64,000 nucleotides of DNA. It comes from a virus. The DNA lies in the IMG/VR virus record IMGVR_UViG_3300032235_000653, positions 1 to 64,000 of that record. One strand, 5' to 3'. The notes beneath the pieces were generated by a model that ran no database searches, was not told the DNA's origin, and was given only the letters and a program-made list of their open reading frames with translations. A program made the translations under genes and the position numbers. Shown here piece by piece: positions 18,776 through 27,602 of this stretch (position 1 is its first letter; each line of letters starts with the position of its first letter).

Positions 18776-19642
18776 ATGAAAAGTTTAATCATAGGAATGG
18801 GCATCGGTCAACTATATGAGTCGGTGCTAAAGGAACTTGGCCACACTGTCGTCACAGTTGATTTAGATCTATCTAAAGCACAACACAAAGATGTCGATAG
18901 TGCTCTTCGAATTCATGGTCAATTTGATACCGTACACATTTGTACTCCAAATTTTACACACGTTAGTATTGCTAGAAAAATTGCAGCTTGCAGTAAAATT
19001 GTATTCATTGAAAAACCCGGAGTTGCCACTGAAGAATCCTGGAAACAATTAGTCAAAGACTATCCCAAAACACGTTTTATGATGGTTAAGAATAATATGT
19101 GGCGTGACAACTTAAGTGAGATGCGAGCTCACTATGTTAGTTCTAAAAATATTAATTTAAATTGGATTAATAAAAATCGTGTGCCTAAACCGGGTAGCTG
19201 GTTTACTACCAAATCGTTGGCCTATGGCGGCGTAAGCAGAGACTTGCTGCCTCATCTATTGAGTTTATTCATTGCGTTAGAGCCTAACTATAAAAACACC
19301 AGTTGGGTTTATAAACAAGTATGGCAAAAGTGGACATTAGATGATCTCAGAGACAGTGATTACGGCGATGTTGATATGAACGGCACATATGATGTGGACG
19401 ACAGGGTCGAGATCGAAGGTCATGTCAGCGATCATAAATGGGTCATTCGAGCAAACTGGCGCAATAACAGTCACGACGATATTGCAATTTATTTCGATGA
19501 TTATGTTGTGCCTTTGGGTTTGTGTCCCGAAAGTGCTTATAAAAATATGATTTCAGATGCTGTTAATAATCTAAATAATGATAACTTTTGGAGAGATCAA
19601 TTTGAAATCGATTGCTGGATACACAAAAAAATTAATCTATGA
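18776..19642 (+). CDS. Gfo/Idh/MocA-family NAD(P)-dependent oxidoreductase
   Basis: IIGMGIG, VHICTPNFTH, FIEKPG and GGVSRDLLPH. Confidence 0.85.
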   Translation: MKSLIIGMGIGQLYESVLKELGHTVVTVDLDLSKAQHKDVDSALRIHGQFDTVHICTPNFTHVSIARKIAACSKIVFIEKPGVATEESWKQLVKDYPKTRFMMVKNNMWRDNLSEMRAHYVSSKNINLNWINKNRVPKPGSWFTTKSLAYGGVSRDLLPHLLSLFIALEPNYKNTSWVYKQVWQKWTLDDLRDSDYGDVDMNGTYDVDDRVEIEGHVSDHKWVIRANWRNNSHDDIAIYFDDYVVPLGLCPESAYKNMISDAVNNLNNDNFWRDQFEIDCWIHKKINL

Positions 19643-20544
19643 ATCGTATACTACAAACTGTCAGTAACGGTGAATTTACCGAAACTGCATATGACATCCC
19701 ATCATTGACATCTGACGAAATTCGTGTGCGTAGTGTTATGACAGGTGTATGCCGCAGCGATATTGATATGATGAACGGTGACTTCGGTCCGCTGCCTTTG
19801 CATATGCAAGGGCACGAAGGTCTGGGCTGTGTCATTGAGATTGGTGCTAATATCACAGACGTAAATGTCGGAGACTATGTTGCTACACGGGGAGAACCTG
19901 CATATGCAGATTATTATAATGTACGACATCGCGAATATGTTCCTGTGCCCGAAGCACACCCACGCTATATATTAGAGCCTGTGGCTTGTGGAATTAACAT
20001 TGTTCATCAGCCCTTACGGGAGATTGCTGAACGAGCAGGACCAGGACGAAGATTGTTAATAATTGGATCTGGGTTTCTTGCTTGGGTTGCTTACAACACT
20101 ATTAAGTTAAATCATTTAGATTTCGAAATTACAGTAGTAGGCAAGTCGAACAAAGAACTTTGGCAGGATAAATTAAGCAACGACTATTCTGGTACATATG
20201 ATGTTGTTATAGATTTGAGTAGCACCACGTATGTATTTGACTGTCCTATAGTAAACAATGAAGCATTGGTAGTATTTGGTTCTCAGAAACAAGTATCAAC
20301 GGATTTTGGTACACTTCTTTGGAAAGCCTGTACTATGATGTTTCCCAGTCCAAGAACAAACAAATTCTATGACTGTATGAAACAGGCCGAATATTGGATA
20401 ACTAACGGTGATATCAATATTGACAGTTTCTGGACAAAAGGTTATAATAGAAACACTGAATGGCAACAAGCGTTCAGCGACAGCAACAACCGGCCTGCTG
20501 GATATAGCAGAGGCTACATTTATTGGAAAAACGATGGCTCTTAA
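19639..20544 (+). CDS. Zn-dependent (MDR-family) dehydrogenase
   Basis: GVCRSD, GHEGLG, VGDYV, LEPVAC and IIGSG; lacks the structural-Zn loop. Confidence 0.85.
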   Translation: MNRILQTVSNGEFTETAYDIPSLTSDEIRVRSVMTGVCRSDIDMMNGDFGPLPLHMQGHEGLGCVIEIGANITDVNVGDYVATRGEPAYADYYNVRHREYVPVPEAHPRYILEPVACGINIVHQPLREIAERAGPGRRLLIIGSGFLAWVAYNTIKLNHLDFEITVVGKSNKELWQDKLSNDYSGTYDVVIDLSSTTYVFDCPIVNNEALVVFGSQKQVSTDFGTLLWKACTMMFPSPRTNKFYDCMKQAEYWITNGDINIDSFWTKGYNRNTEWQQAFSDSNNRPAGYSRGYIYWKNDGS

Positions 20545-21064
20545 TACAGATGCAAGACAACAAGTAGATTATTTTATTGGTGTTGAAGTAGAAAATACTA
20601 TTATGAAGGGTGAAAAGACCTTGTTTGTAGTAGGTATTAAACCCGCAGACGAAATTATCAAACTAGCAGAAGAACACAATATTCAACACATTTATTTTGG
20701 CACTAGTCAAAGTTTTCATCCCCAAAATCCATATGATTGGGCATCGTGGAATGAAATGATTAAACCCTTGCTAATTAAAGACTATTTTGTTACACTAGAC
20801 TTTGACGTACAATATTGTAAGGAAATTCACGAAGAATCGTGGTGTGAATACAAAACTTTCATTCCCATGATCAGTGTTAAGATTCCTTACATTAAGTTAT
20901 ATAATTATCATGCCACAGTTAAAATTGACGATAACACGTGGGGCGATACAAATTCCGGAGTATGGTGTCACCCACTCAATGAGTTATTAACACGTCAGGT
21001 ATATACTGACTGGAAAGACTATGTAGGCGATACTCCTGTTTTTCCTAAAGAGTCCGAGGAATAA
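20534..21064 (+). CDS. Hypothetical protein in the deazaguanine cluster
   Basis: ATG 20534 (MALNTDARQQ) overlaps the upstream stop; alpha/beta pattern. Confidence 0.6.
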   Translation: MALNTDARQQVDYFIGVEVENTIMKGEKTLFVVGIKPADEIIKLAEEHNIQHIYFGTSQSFHPQNPYDWASWNEMIKPLLIKDYFVTLDFDVQYCKEIHEESWCEYKTFIPMISVKIPYIKLYNYHATVKIDDNTWGDTNSGVWCHPLNELLTRQVYTDWKDYVGDTPVFPKESEE

Positions 21065-21068
21065 GATA

Positions 21069-21512
21069 ATGAATCAAGAAAATCGCGAACAAGCAAATTC
21101 TATTATGAGTCACGCAGAAAGAAAAATTTGGGTAACTTTTCGTAAAGAAGGAATTCATTGTTATCCGGCAGCAGCAACTGATCCCATGCTAGCAACTGGA
21201 GACGAATATGATGTAAGCTTTCTAGGCTCTCCCCATCGACATATATTTCATTTCAAAGTTTGGATTGATGTGCTACATAATGATCGAGACATAGAATTCA
21301 TTCAATTTAAACGATGGTTAGAAAATCTTTACAAAGACGGAACTCTTAAACTTGATTACAAGTCATGTGAAATGATGTCCGATGATCTTTATATTCAAAT
21401 TACTGCAAAATATCCAGGACGAGCAGTCTGGATTGAAGTCTCCGAAGACGGTGAAAACGGAGCCCTCATTAAATACGAAACTCACCAACCCATTCAACGT
21501 ATTAAAATTTAA
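21069..21512 (+). CDS. QueD-like T-fold protein (DpdL-like)
   Basis: LGSPHRHIF (LxxxHRHxF), DIEFIQFK, SCE and VSEDGENG; a second T-fold gene distinct from queD. Confidence 0.65.
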   Translation: MNQENREQANSIMSHAERKIWVTFRKEGIHCYPAAATDPMLATGDEYDVSFLGSPHRHIFHFKVWIDVLHNDRDIEFIQFKRWLENLYKDGTLKLDYKSCEMMSDDLYIQITAKYPGRAVWIEVSEDGENGALIKYETHQPIQRIKI

Positions 21513-21523
21513 GGAAAATTATA

Positions 21524-21733
21524 ATGGCGCAGCCTAAATATATCGAAAAATATCTTCGTATGAAACCAGAAGTTGATAGAATTTTTGCTGATCTCGACGG
21601 TTATCGAGATTATTGTAGGTTTAATATGTTAAAATTTGACGAGAGGGATTTGTATAAATCTGAACAATATCGCAAATTTGAAAAACATCGCAACTGGCAA
21701 AACAGACAGCTCGACAGACAACTTGATGCTTAA
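21524..21733 (+). CDS. Hypothetical protein
   Basis: 69 aa ORF with AAGGA SD. Confidence 0.6.
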   Translation: MAQPKYIEKYLRMKPEVDRIFADLDGYRDYCRFNMLKFDERDLYKSEQYRKFEKHRNWQNRQLDRQLDA

Positions 21734-21735
21734 CA

Positions 21736-22830
21736 ATGTCAAACGTATTTCTAATAGACTTAGAATCGGTTGAAACCAGGTACACTGCTCAATGGAAAAA
21801 GCATGTACCTGCTCTTTTACGAAAGGCAGGACACAATGTTCAAGTTATTAGTGGTCCTACGGATATTCCTAGTGCTACCACTCCAGGCGCTTTTCTTAAC
21901 TTTGGCGGGACTAATATCTATAAGTCTAGTCAAGTTGAACAGATTAGCAGATTATTTTGCCAGGGATCCATTAATGCTGGCGACCACTTTATTTTTACTG
22001 ATGCCTGGCATCCGGGTATTGTAAATCTAAAATACATGAGCGAACTATTGAATATTCCAGTAGTTACTCATGGCCTGTGGCATGCTGGCAGTTATGACCC
22101 ACAAGATTTCTTAGGACGTCTTGTAGGTAAAAAGAGATGGGTTAGACATGCTGAGAAAAGCTTCTATCATGCATTTGATCACAACTACTTTGCCACAGAG
22201 TTTCATGTAAAGTTGTTCTTTGATGAACTTCTTGAAGATGGCTACCCGTCGGAGAATCCTTGGTACGAAGAAGATTGGGCCGAACGCTATGACGGCGGTA
22301 AGATTGTACGCACAGGTTGGCCTATGGAGTATATGGTTGACGTTCTAGAAAACTATAATACTAATCCCAAGCGTGATCTTATTTTGTTCCCGCACCGAAT
22401 TGCGCCCGAGAAGCAAGTTGAAATCTTCCGTGACTTGGCTAAACAATTACCTCAATATGAGTTTGTGGTCTGTCAGGATCAGCAATTAAGCAAACATGAA
22501 TATCACAAGTTGTTAGGCCGTGCTAAGATTGTGTTTAGTTGTAGTCTCCAAGAAACACTGGGTATAGGTTGCTATGAAGGTGCGCTAGTAGACGCCATCC
22601 CCATGGTACCTGATCGGTTAAGCTACAAAGAAATGTATTCTGATATTTTTAAATATCCGTCAGAATGGACTGAAAATTGGGATCAATATATTACTAATCG
22701 GTCTAATCTGTGTTTTGCTATCATGCAACACATGGATCATTATGAAAATCGACTACCACAATTAAAAGTCTTGTCAAAGCATTTAACTGATAATTTTTTT
22801 AGTGCAAATGAACTCCTTAAACGCATTTGA
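21736..22830 (+). CDS. GT-B (family 1/4-like) glycosyltransferase
   Basis: FPHRIAPEKQ and SLQETLGIGCYEG (E-x7-E) motifs. Confidence 0.8.
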   Translation: MSNVFLIDLESVETRYTAQWKKHVPALLRKAGHNVQVISGPTDIPSATTPGAFLNFGGTNIYKSSQVEQISRLFCQGSINAGDHFIFTDAWHPGIVNLKYMSELLNIPVVTHGLWHAGSYDPQDFLGRLVGKKRWVRHAEKSFYHAFDHNYFATEFHVKLFFDELLEDGYPSENPWYEEDWAERYDGGKIVRTGWPMEYMVDVLENYNTNPKRDLILFPHRIAPEKQVEIFRDLAKQLPQYEFVVCQDQQLSKHEYHKLLGRAKIVFSCSLQETLGIGCYEGALVDAIPMVPDRLSYKEMYSDIFKYPSEWTENWDQYITNRSNLCFAIMQHMDHYENRLPQLKVLSKHLTDNFFSANELLKRI

Positions 22831-23419
22831 TAGAATCTATCAATTTGAACAAGAATTGGCAGAGTTCACAGGAGCTCCGTATGCTATCATGACTGATTGC
22901 TGTACCCATGCCATTGAGCTATGTTTACGGTATGATAAAGTAAAGACAGTTAGTTTTACACCCTATACCTACATTAGTATACCTATGCTGATGCATAAAC
23001 TTGGCATTAATTACACATACTTAAACCACGAATGGCAGCGGTGGGTCGGAGAATATCCTTTCATTAATACTAGGGTATGGGATAGTGCCAGACGTCTCGA
23101 AGAAGCAATGTACAGACCCGGGGCCATGCAGTGTTTAAGCTTTGGTCACGACAAACCGTTGCATATTGGCCGCGGCGGAGCTATTCTATTAGATGACAAA
23201 AATGCCTATGATTCAATTATTTTAATGCGTTATGATGGCAGGGACCTAAATAATAGACCATGGACTACTCAAAAAAAGTTCAAAGTCGGCTATCACTACA
23301 AGCCAACTCCTGAAGAAGCAGAATGGGGGTTGGCATTAATGAAGGGAATAAGAGTTGACAAACCCGCCCCTAAACATGTAGAATATGCTGATCTAAGGCA
23401 ATTTATTATCACGGATTAA
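22808..23419 (+). CDS. Short DegT/DnrJ/EryC1/StrS-family PLP aminotransferase
   Basis: FEQELAEFTGAPYA..DCCTHA, WDSA and SFGHDKPLHIGRGGAIL (PLP lysine); only about 203 aa. Confidence 0.75.
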   Translation: MNSLNAFDRIYQFEQELAEFTGAPYAIMTDCCTHAIELCLRYDKVKTVSFTPYTYISIPMLMHKLGINYTYLNHEWQRWVGEYPFINTRVWDSARRLEEAMYRPGAMQCLSFGHDKPLHIGRGGAILLDDKNAYDSIILMRYDGRDLNNRPWTTQKKFKVGYHYKPTPEEAEWGLALMKGIRVDKPAPKHVEYADLRQFIITD

Positions 23420-23420
23420 T

Positions 23421-24167
23421 ATGACAAACAAAAAAGAAACAGGACTGGACGCTATGTATGGCGACAGTGGATACTCAGAAGGCTACCTAGGTGGCGTTAT
23501 TCGTGCCAGAATGAAACGTGAAGGTAAACGTTTCTGGGCAGGTGACAACATCAGCGAATACATTAATGAATCTGAAAAAGAAGTGTTAATTAACGAAGCA
23601 ACAGAAGCATTTGAACTAGTGCTTGACCGTTTGCTTATTGATCGCAAAAACGATCCTAACAGTAAAGGTACAGCAAGGCGACTTGCAAAAATGTACTTTA
23701 ATGAAATAATGGCAGGCAGATATGATTCGCCTCCAGATTGTACAGCATTTCCAAATGACAGTGAGGATAGATATGAAGGCATGTTGGTTGTTCGTAGTGA
23801 GTTGCGTAGTATGTGTAGTCATCATCACCAACCCGTTGCTGGCGTTGCTTATATTGGTATTATTGCCGCTGAGAAACTTATTGGCTTATCGAAGTATACA
23901 CGTATCGCGCAGTGGTGTGCAAGAAGAGGCACTCTCCAGGAGGAATTGGCTAATGATATCGCTAGGGAAATACAAAAGGCCACCGGCGCGAAAGATGTAG
24001 GAGTTTACATTCAAGCGGTGCACGGATGTTGCGAAAATCGAGGAATTATGGCACATAGTAGTTTAACACAGACCACAGTGTTAAAAGGTGCTTTTAAAGA
24101 CGATGCAGGCACTAAGAAAGAGTTTTTCGACAATATTAAATTACAACAGGACTTTGCACCACGATGA
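23421..24167 (+). CDS. folE: GTP cyclohydrolase I
   Basis: SMCSHHHQP, IGLSKYTR, LQEEL and HGCCENRG. Confidence 0.95.
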   Translation: MTNKKETGLDAMYGDSGYSEGYLGGVIRARMKREGKRFWAGDNISEYINESEKEVLINEATEAFELVLDRLLIDRKNDPNSKGTARRLAKMYFNEIMAGRYDSPPDCTAFPNDSEDRYEGMLVVRSELRSMCSHHHQPVAGVAYIGIIAAEKLIGLSKYTRIAQWCARRGTLQEELANDIAREIQKATGAKDVGVYIQAVHGCCENRGIMAHSSLTQTTVLKGAFKDDAGTKKEFFDNIKLQQDFAPR

Positions 24168-24640
24168 GACCGTTAGCACACTTAGGTATAGGACCCGATT
24201 CTGTAGATTACGAATTATATTCTACAAACGAAACTTTGTATGATCTGCTGTCTGATCGCGGAGAACAACTTATAGAAGATGCTAAAAAAGCATACATGGG
24301 GCACTACTATAATAATCCTCCAAAGAAAACTCTTAAAGAGTTGCAAGAAGGTTGCGACAACTGGTTAAACCAAAAGAAAAAATTAGAGGAATTGAACGCT
24401 CCTAAATCTCTATTAGACGTGGCCGAAGAAAATATAATTGAATTATATCAAGATATTCAAAATAAAAATTATGGATCCGAGTCTGATCCTGTTTATAAAC
24501 AATATCTAGAAGCATACCGTAAAAAAGAAAACGACTGGCATGATTCAAACGAAAAAGAAACAGCATTGAATGAAATTTATGCTTACAATGAAGCAGAGTA
24601 TAACAAATTCAAACTACAACAGGACTTTGCACCTCGGTAA
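24138..24640 (+). repeat. Direct repeat of the folE 3' end (24138-24167 and 24611-24640)
   Basis: aaattacaacaggactttgcaccacgatga vs aaactacaacaggactttgcacctcggtaa, 26/30 nt; both encode KLQQDFAPR-stop. Confidence 0.9.
24164..24640 (+). CDS. Helical hypothetical protein ending in a copy of the FolE C-terminus
   Basis: 158 aa; ATGA overlap with folE; ends KLQQDFAPR. Confidence 0.65.
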   Translation: MRPLAHLGIGPDSVDYELYSTNETLYDLLSDRGEQLIEDAKKAYMGHYYNNPPKKTLKELQEGCDNWLNQKKKLEELNAPKSLLDVAEENIIELYQDIQNKNYGSESDPVYKQYLEAYRKKENDWHDSNEKETALNEIYAYNEAEYNKFKLQQDFAPR

Positions 24641-24686
24641 TTTTTAATAGTAAACAAGATAAATATCAGATATAAAGGAAATTGAT

Positions 24687-25028
24687 ATGCAATTTGAATG
24701 GAAAGTATTAAGTGATGTCAGAGTAGAAAACGGAATTGTACTATCTGCTTTGTACGGGTGTTTTTGCCGAAATGGGCAGTTTATGAAAGAATCATTGAAT
24801 ACTATGACTTTTTCGCATGATCCAAATAACTCAATCCCCTACGATCAAGTAACCAAAGAAATAATCTTAGAGTGGGTTTTGTCTAAATTAGGACCAGCAG
24901 AAGTTAATCGTATACAAAATTATGTATCAGATCTTGTTACTGCCGAACAGACATTATATGCAGAACAACTGGCAGCTCAACAAGCAGCAGAGTCAGTGAC
25001 TGACGACGATCAAAATATCGAAGAATAA
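24687..25028 (+). CDS. Hypothetical late protein (resembles small tail-fibre-associated proteins)
   Basis: TAAATA at 24660-24665 and AAGGA SD; IPYDQVTKEIILEWV motif. Confidence 0.55.
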   Translation: MQFEWKVLSDVRVENGIVLSALYGCFCRNGQFMKESLNTMTFSHDPNNSIPYDQVTKEIILEWVLSKLGPAEVNRIQNYVSDLVTAEQTLYAEQLAAQQAAESVTDDDQNIEE

Positions 25029-25063
25029 AGTTACATCAACTTTAACATCTGTCTTATCAAAAC

Positions 25064-25083
25064 TTGAGGCTATCTAGCCTCAA
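25064..25083 (+). terminator. Intergenic hairpin (terminator or processing site)
   Basis: TTGAGGCTA-tc-TAGCCTCAA perfect inverted repeat followed by ttgaatttt. Confidence 0.45.
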
Positions 25084-25110
25084 TTGAATTTTAATCAAAG
25101 GAAATCAATC

Positions 25111-25320
25111 ATGGTAACAAAAGCAGTAAGTAAACTCGGCGATAAATTAACAAAGATAAACGAATCATTTACAATTAATATGTATGACAATGGATTCATG
25201 GTAGAAGCTAGTGGTCGCAATAAAAAAGGCGACTATGTTAGTGCTAAGATTTTGTGTAACACATTAGATGAAATGCTGGCATTGGTCAAAGAAGCCGGTG
25301 AAATGGATAGGGATAGTTAA
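25111..25320 (+). CDS. Hypothetical protein
   Basis: ATG 25111 follows an AAGGA SD. Confidence 0.65.
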   Translation: MVTKAVSKLGDKLTKINESFTINMYDNGFMVEASGRNKKGDYVSAKILCNTLDEMLALVKEAGEMDRDS

Positions 25321-25322
25321 TA

Positions 25323-25607
25323 ATGACTAACTGGCTAAGACAAAAATTTAAGAATTTTTTATACCCCGAAGATGAAGTTGAATTAGTTTCTTCCAATAGA
25401 CTGTCGGTAACTAGTAGTGATGACTACAACGAAGACAATACGCTGAAATTTTCGGTTACTCCTGCAAGGGGAGGAATTATTGTGTCTGTTCGAAACTACA
25501 ATAGAAAAAAAGATATTTCTGAGAATACGGTTCATGTTATTCACGATGATGAAGATGTGGCGCAACGAGTCTCCGAAATCGTTAGCATGAGTTTGTTACG
25601 TAATTGA
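25323..25607 (+). CDS. Hypothetical protein
   Basis: 94 aa ORF in operon context. Confidence 0.6.
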   Translation: MTNWLRQKFKNFLYPEDEVELVSSNRLSVTSSDDYNEDNTLKFSVTPARGGIIVSVRNYNRKKDISENTVHVIHDDEDVAQRVSEIVSMSLLRN

Positions 25608-25632
25608 CATTAATCAAAATATTCAGTAAAAT
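25604..25632 (+). promoter_or_regulatory. Sigma70 promoter
   Basis: TTGACA-N17-TAAAAT. Confidence 0.6.
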
Positions 25633-25663
25633 ATCACAGTAATGTTTTATTGAAGGATGCATC

Positions 25664-26113
25664 ATGCTACTTAAATTACTCGAACGTCTTGACCGAAAAC
25701 GTATCGTAATGGATCGCGTTAACGATGAACCATATCTAGAACGATATTATTTGTTTCTTAAAGACCGAAAGCGTTTTCCTTTCAATGTATTTTTACATAA
25801 ATTTCTAAAGTCAGACCCCGACGATTTACACGATCATCCCTGGCCTTATTTTACGTTAATCCTTCGCGGCGGGTACTGGGAATGGATTCCTCAGTTTAAT
25901 TCAAAAGGCGAGAAATTCGGAGAAATTTCTGTATGGCGAGGACCAGGTCATTTTAGATTTTCTAAAGCATCTAGCTATCATAGAATCGAACTGGATCCAA
26001 CTGTAACTTGCTGGACTTTGTTTTGCCCGGGCCCACAACAAAAAGATTGGGGCTTTATGAGCAAAGGTCAATGGGTACAGTGGGAACAATACTTGGCCAG
26101 CAGAACTAAATGA
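25664..26113 (+). CDS. Cupin-fold hypothetical protein
   Basis: LHDHPW...ILRGGYWE...YHRIEL metal-binding cupin pattern. Confidence 0.65.
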   Translation: MLLKLLERLDRKRIVMDRVNDEPYLERYYLFLKDRKRFPFNVFLHKFLKSDPDDLHDHPWPYFTLILRGGYWEWIPQFNSKGEKFGEISVWRGPGHFRFSKASSYHRIELDPTVTCWTLFCPGPQQKDWGFMSKGQWVQWEQYLASRTK

Positions 26114-26448
26114 TAGCACTACCCCCAGGCTGTACTGTGGTTTATCCTATATGGATAGACATCGATAAATTAACCAAAGATATAATCGATTGGTACGAAC
26201 AAATAGATGGTCGTCAAAAAATCGACACTTACTGGACTCATCGCGGTCGCAAACAGTCTGATGTTTATGTAGCATATGGCCGCGGTAAATGGTGTCATCA
26301 TCATCAAAATGGCGAAGGTGGTACTAGGTTGCATTTTAATGGGGAAGATGCTAGTATTGCATCTATGTTTATTATAAAATTTTTAGATAAAATAACCAAT
26401 CACAATCTTAAAGAACACATGGAGAGAAAAGAAAATGAATGTTACTAA
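26110..26448 (+). CDS. Hypothetical protein (F-x-L-K-W-like family)
   Basis: IIDWY...LHFNGEDASIASMFIIKF. Confidence 0.55.
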   Translation: MIALPPGCTVVYPIWIDIDKLTKDIIDWYEQIDGRQKIDTYWTHRGRKQSDVYVAYGRGKWCHHHQNGEGGTRLHFNGEDASIASMFIIKFLDKITNHNLKEHMERKENECY

Positions 26449-26956
26449 CAAAGAATATCACGGTCTTGTTGCAAAAATTTGCAGGGATATTGCTAATAGT
26501 GGATGGCGACCAGACTACGTTGTAGGCATTGTTCAAGGCGGTCTTGTGCCAGCTGTAATGATCGGTAATTACTTTAATATTCCAGTGAATACTTTAAGCA
26601 AAGAAGAAAGTAACTTGTGGATGGCCGAGGATGCATTTGGGTATGTAACATCATCTACCACACCGCGTCCCGCTGGAGAAGTTACAACTGATCCTAGTAC
26701 ACGTAAAAATATTCTAATTGTCAATGACATCAACAACACTGGTAACACTATTAATAATCTCATGGAAGATTGGCGTTCCGGATGTTTACCCAACGATCCA
26801 ACTTGGAAAGACATTTGGAATAATAACGTTAAGTTTGCTGTAGTATACGACAATGTTAGCAGCAAATCAAAAGTTACTGTAGACTTCTGCGGAGAAGAAA
26901 TCGCTAAGAGTAAAAAAGAACGCATAGTATTTCCTTACGAAAATTGGTGGGTATAA
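26435..26956 (+). CDS. Type I phosphoribosyltransferase-like protein (XGPRT-like, altered motif)
   Basis: PDYVVGIVQGGLVPA, ILIVNDINNTGNT and IVFPYE. Confidence 0.75.
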   Translation: MNVTNKEYHGLVAKICRDIANSGWRPDYVVGIVQGGLVPAVMIGNYFNIPVNTLSKEESNLWMAEDAFGYVTSSTTPRPAGEVTTDPSTRKNILIVNDINNTGNTINNLMEDWRSGCLPNDPTWKDIWNNNVKFAVVYDNVSSKSKVTVDFCGEEIAKSKKERIVFPYENWWV

Positions 26957-27047
26957 ATACTTGCTCAAGAGGACTTTAATGGCATTCATCCCTCTATAAA
27001 AATTCTGCATGTCATCAAACTTGCTACTTACACAAAGGAGACTAGAG
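26952..27047 (+). promoter_or_regulatory. TATAAATA late promoter followed by a preQ1-I-like riboswitch candidate
   Basis: TATAAATA 26952-59; P1 AGAGG/CCUCU (26968-72/26991-95); CAUCCC at the loop end; AUAAAAA tail; pseudoknot AUGGCA/UGUCAU; directly upstream of queD. Confidence 0.6.
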
Positions 27048-27602
27048 ATGGCAAAATCCTCAACAGCTGATTTAATCAGACACTTAGAAAATAACCTTCC
27101 TTACATAGGCCCAGTCAGTTACAAATATACTAGCACTAAAGAGTATCATGATGCCTTTCCCTGTGCCTATCGTCAGTGGCGAGCAGACAGCCATTGTAAC
27201 TTAATCCACGGGTACAGCTTCTCAATGAAGTTCTATTTTGGTACAGACAACCTCGATGTTCGAAACTGGGCGGCTGACTACGGTGGACTCAAAGAACTTA
27301 AAAAAATCTTAGAAGATCAATTTGATCATACCTTGATCGTAGCACAAGATGATCCAGAACTGGAAACATTCAAGATGCTACAAGAAAAGAAAATGGCCAA
27401 GATTGTAGTGCTACCACGCCTGGGCTGTGAAGGACTTGCGGATCAACTCTACAAGTTTGTCAACGGTGTTTACATTCCGGAATATTGGGGCCCGGGTGAG
27501 GCAGAGCGTTTATGGTGCTACCGTGTAGAAGTTCGCGAGACACAGGCCAATATGGCTTTCCGCGAAGGTCATCGTGAATGGAACGAAGATTTATTTGAAT
27601 GA
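27048..27602 (+). CDS. queD: 6-carboxy-5,6,7,8-tetrahydropterin synthase
   Basis: HCNLIHGYS, DYGGLK, FDHTL, GCE and VEVRET; ATG 27048 follows AGGAG. Confidence 0.88.
   Translation: MAKSSTADLIRHLENNLPYIGPVSYKYTSTKEYHDAFPCAYRQWRADSHCNLIHGYSFSMKFYFGTDNLDVRNWAADYGGLKELKKILEDQFDHTLIVAQDDPELETFKMLQEKKMAKIVVLPRLGCEGLADQLYKFVNGVYIPEYWGPGEAERLWCYRVEVRETQANMAFREGHREWNEDLFE

Noticed and set aside
27009-27047. queD start at ATG 27009
   Set aside because: It lies within the riboswitch-like pseudoknot and has no SD; AGGAG precedes ATG 27048.
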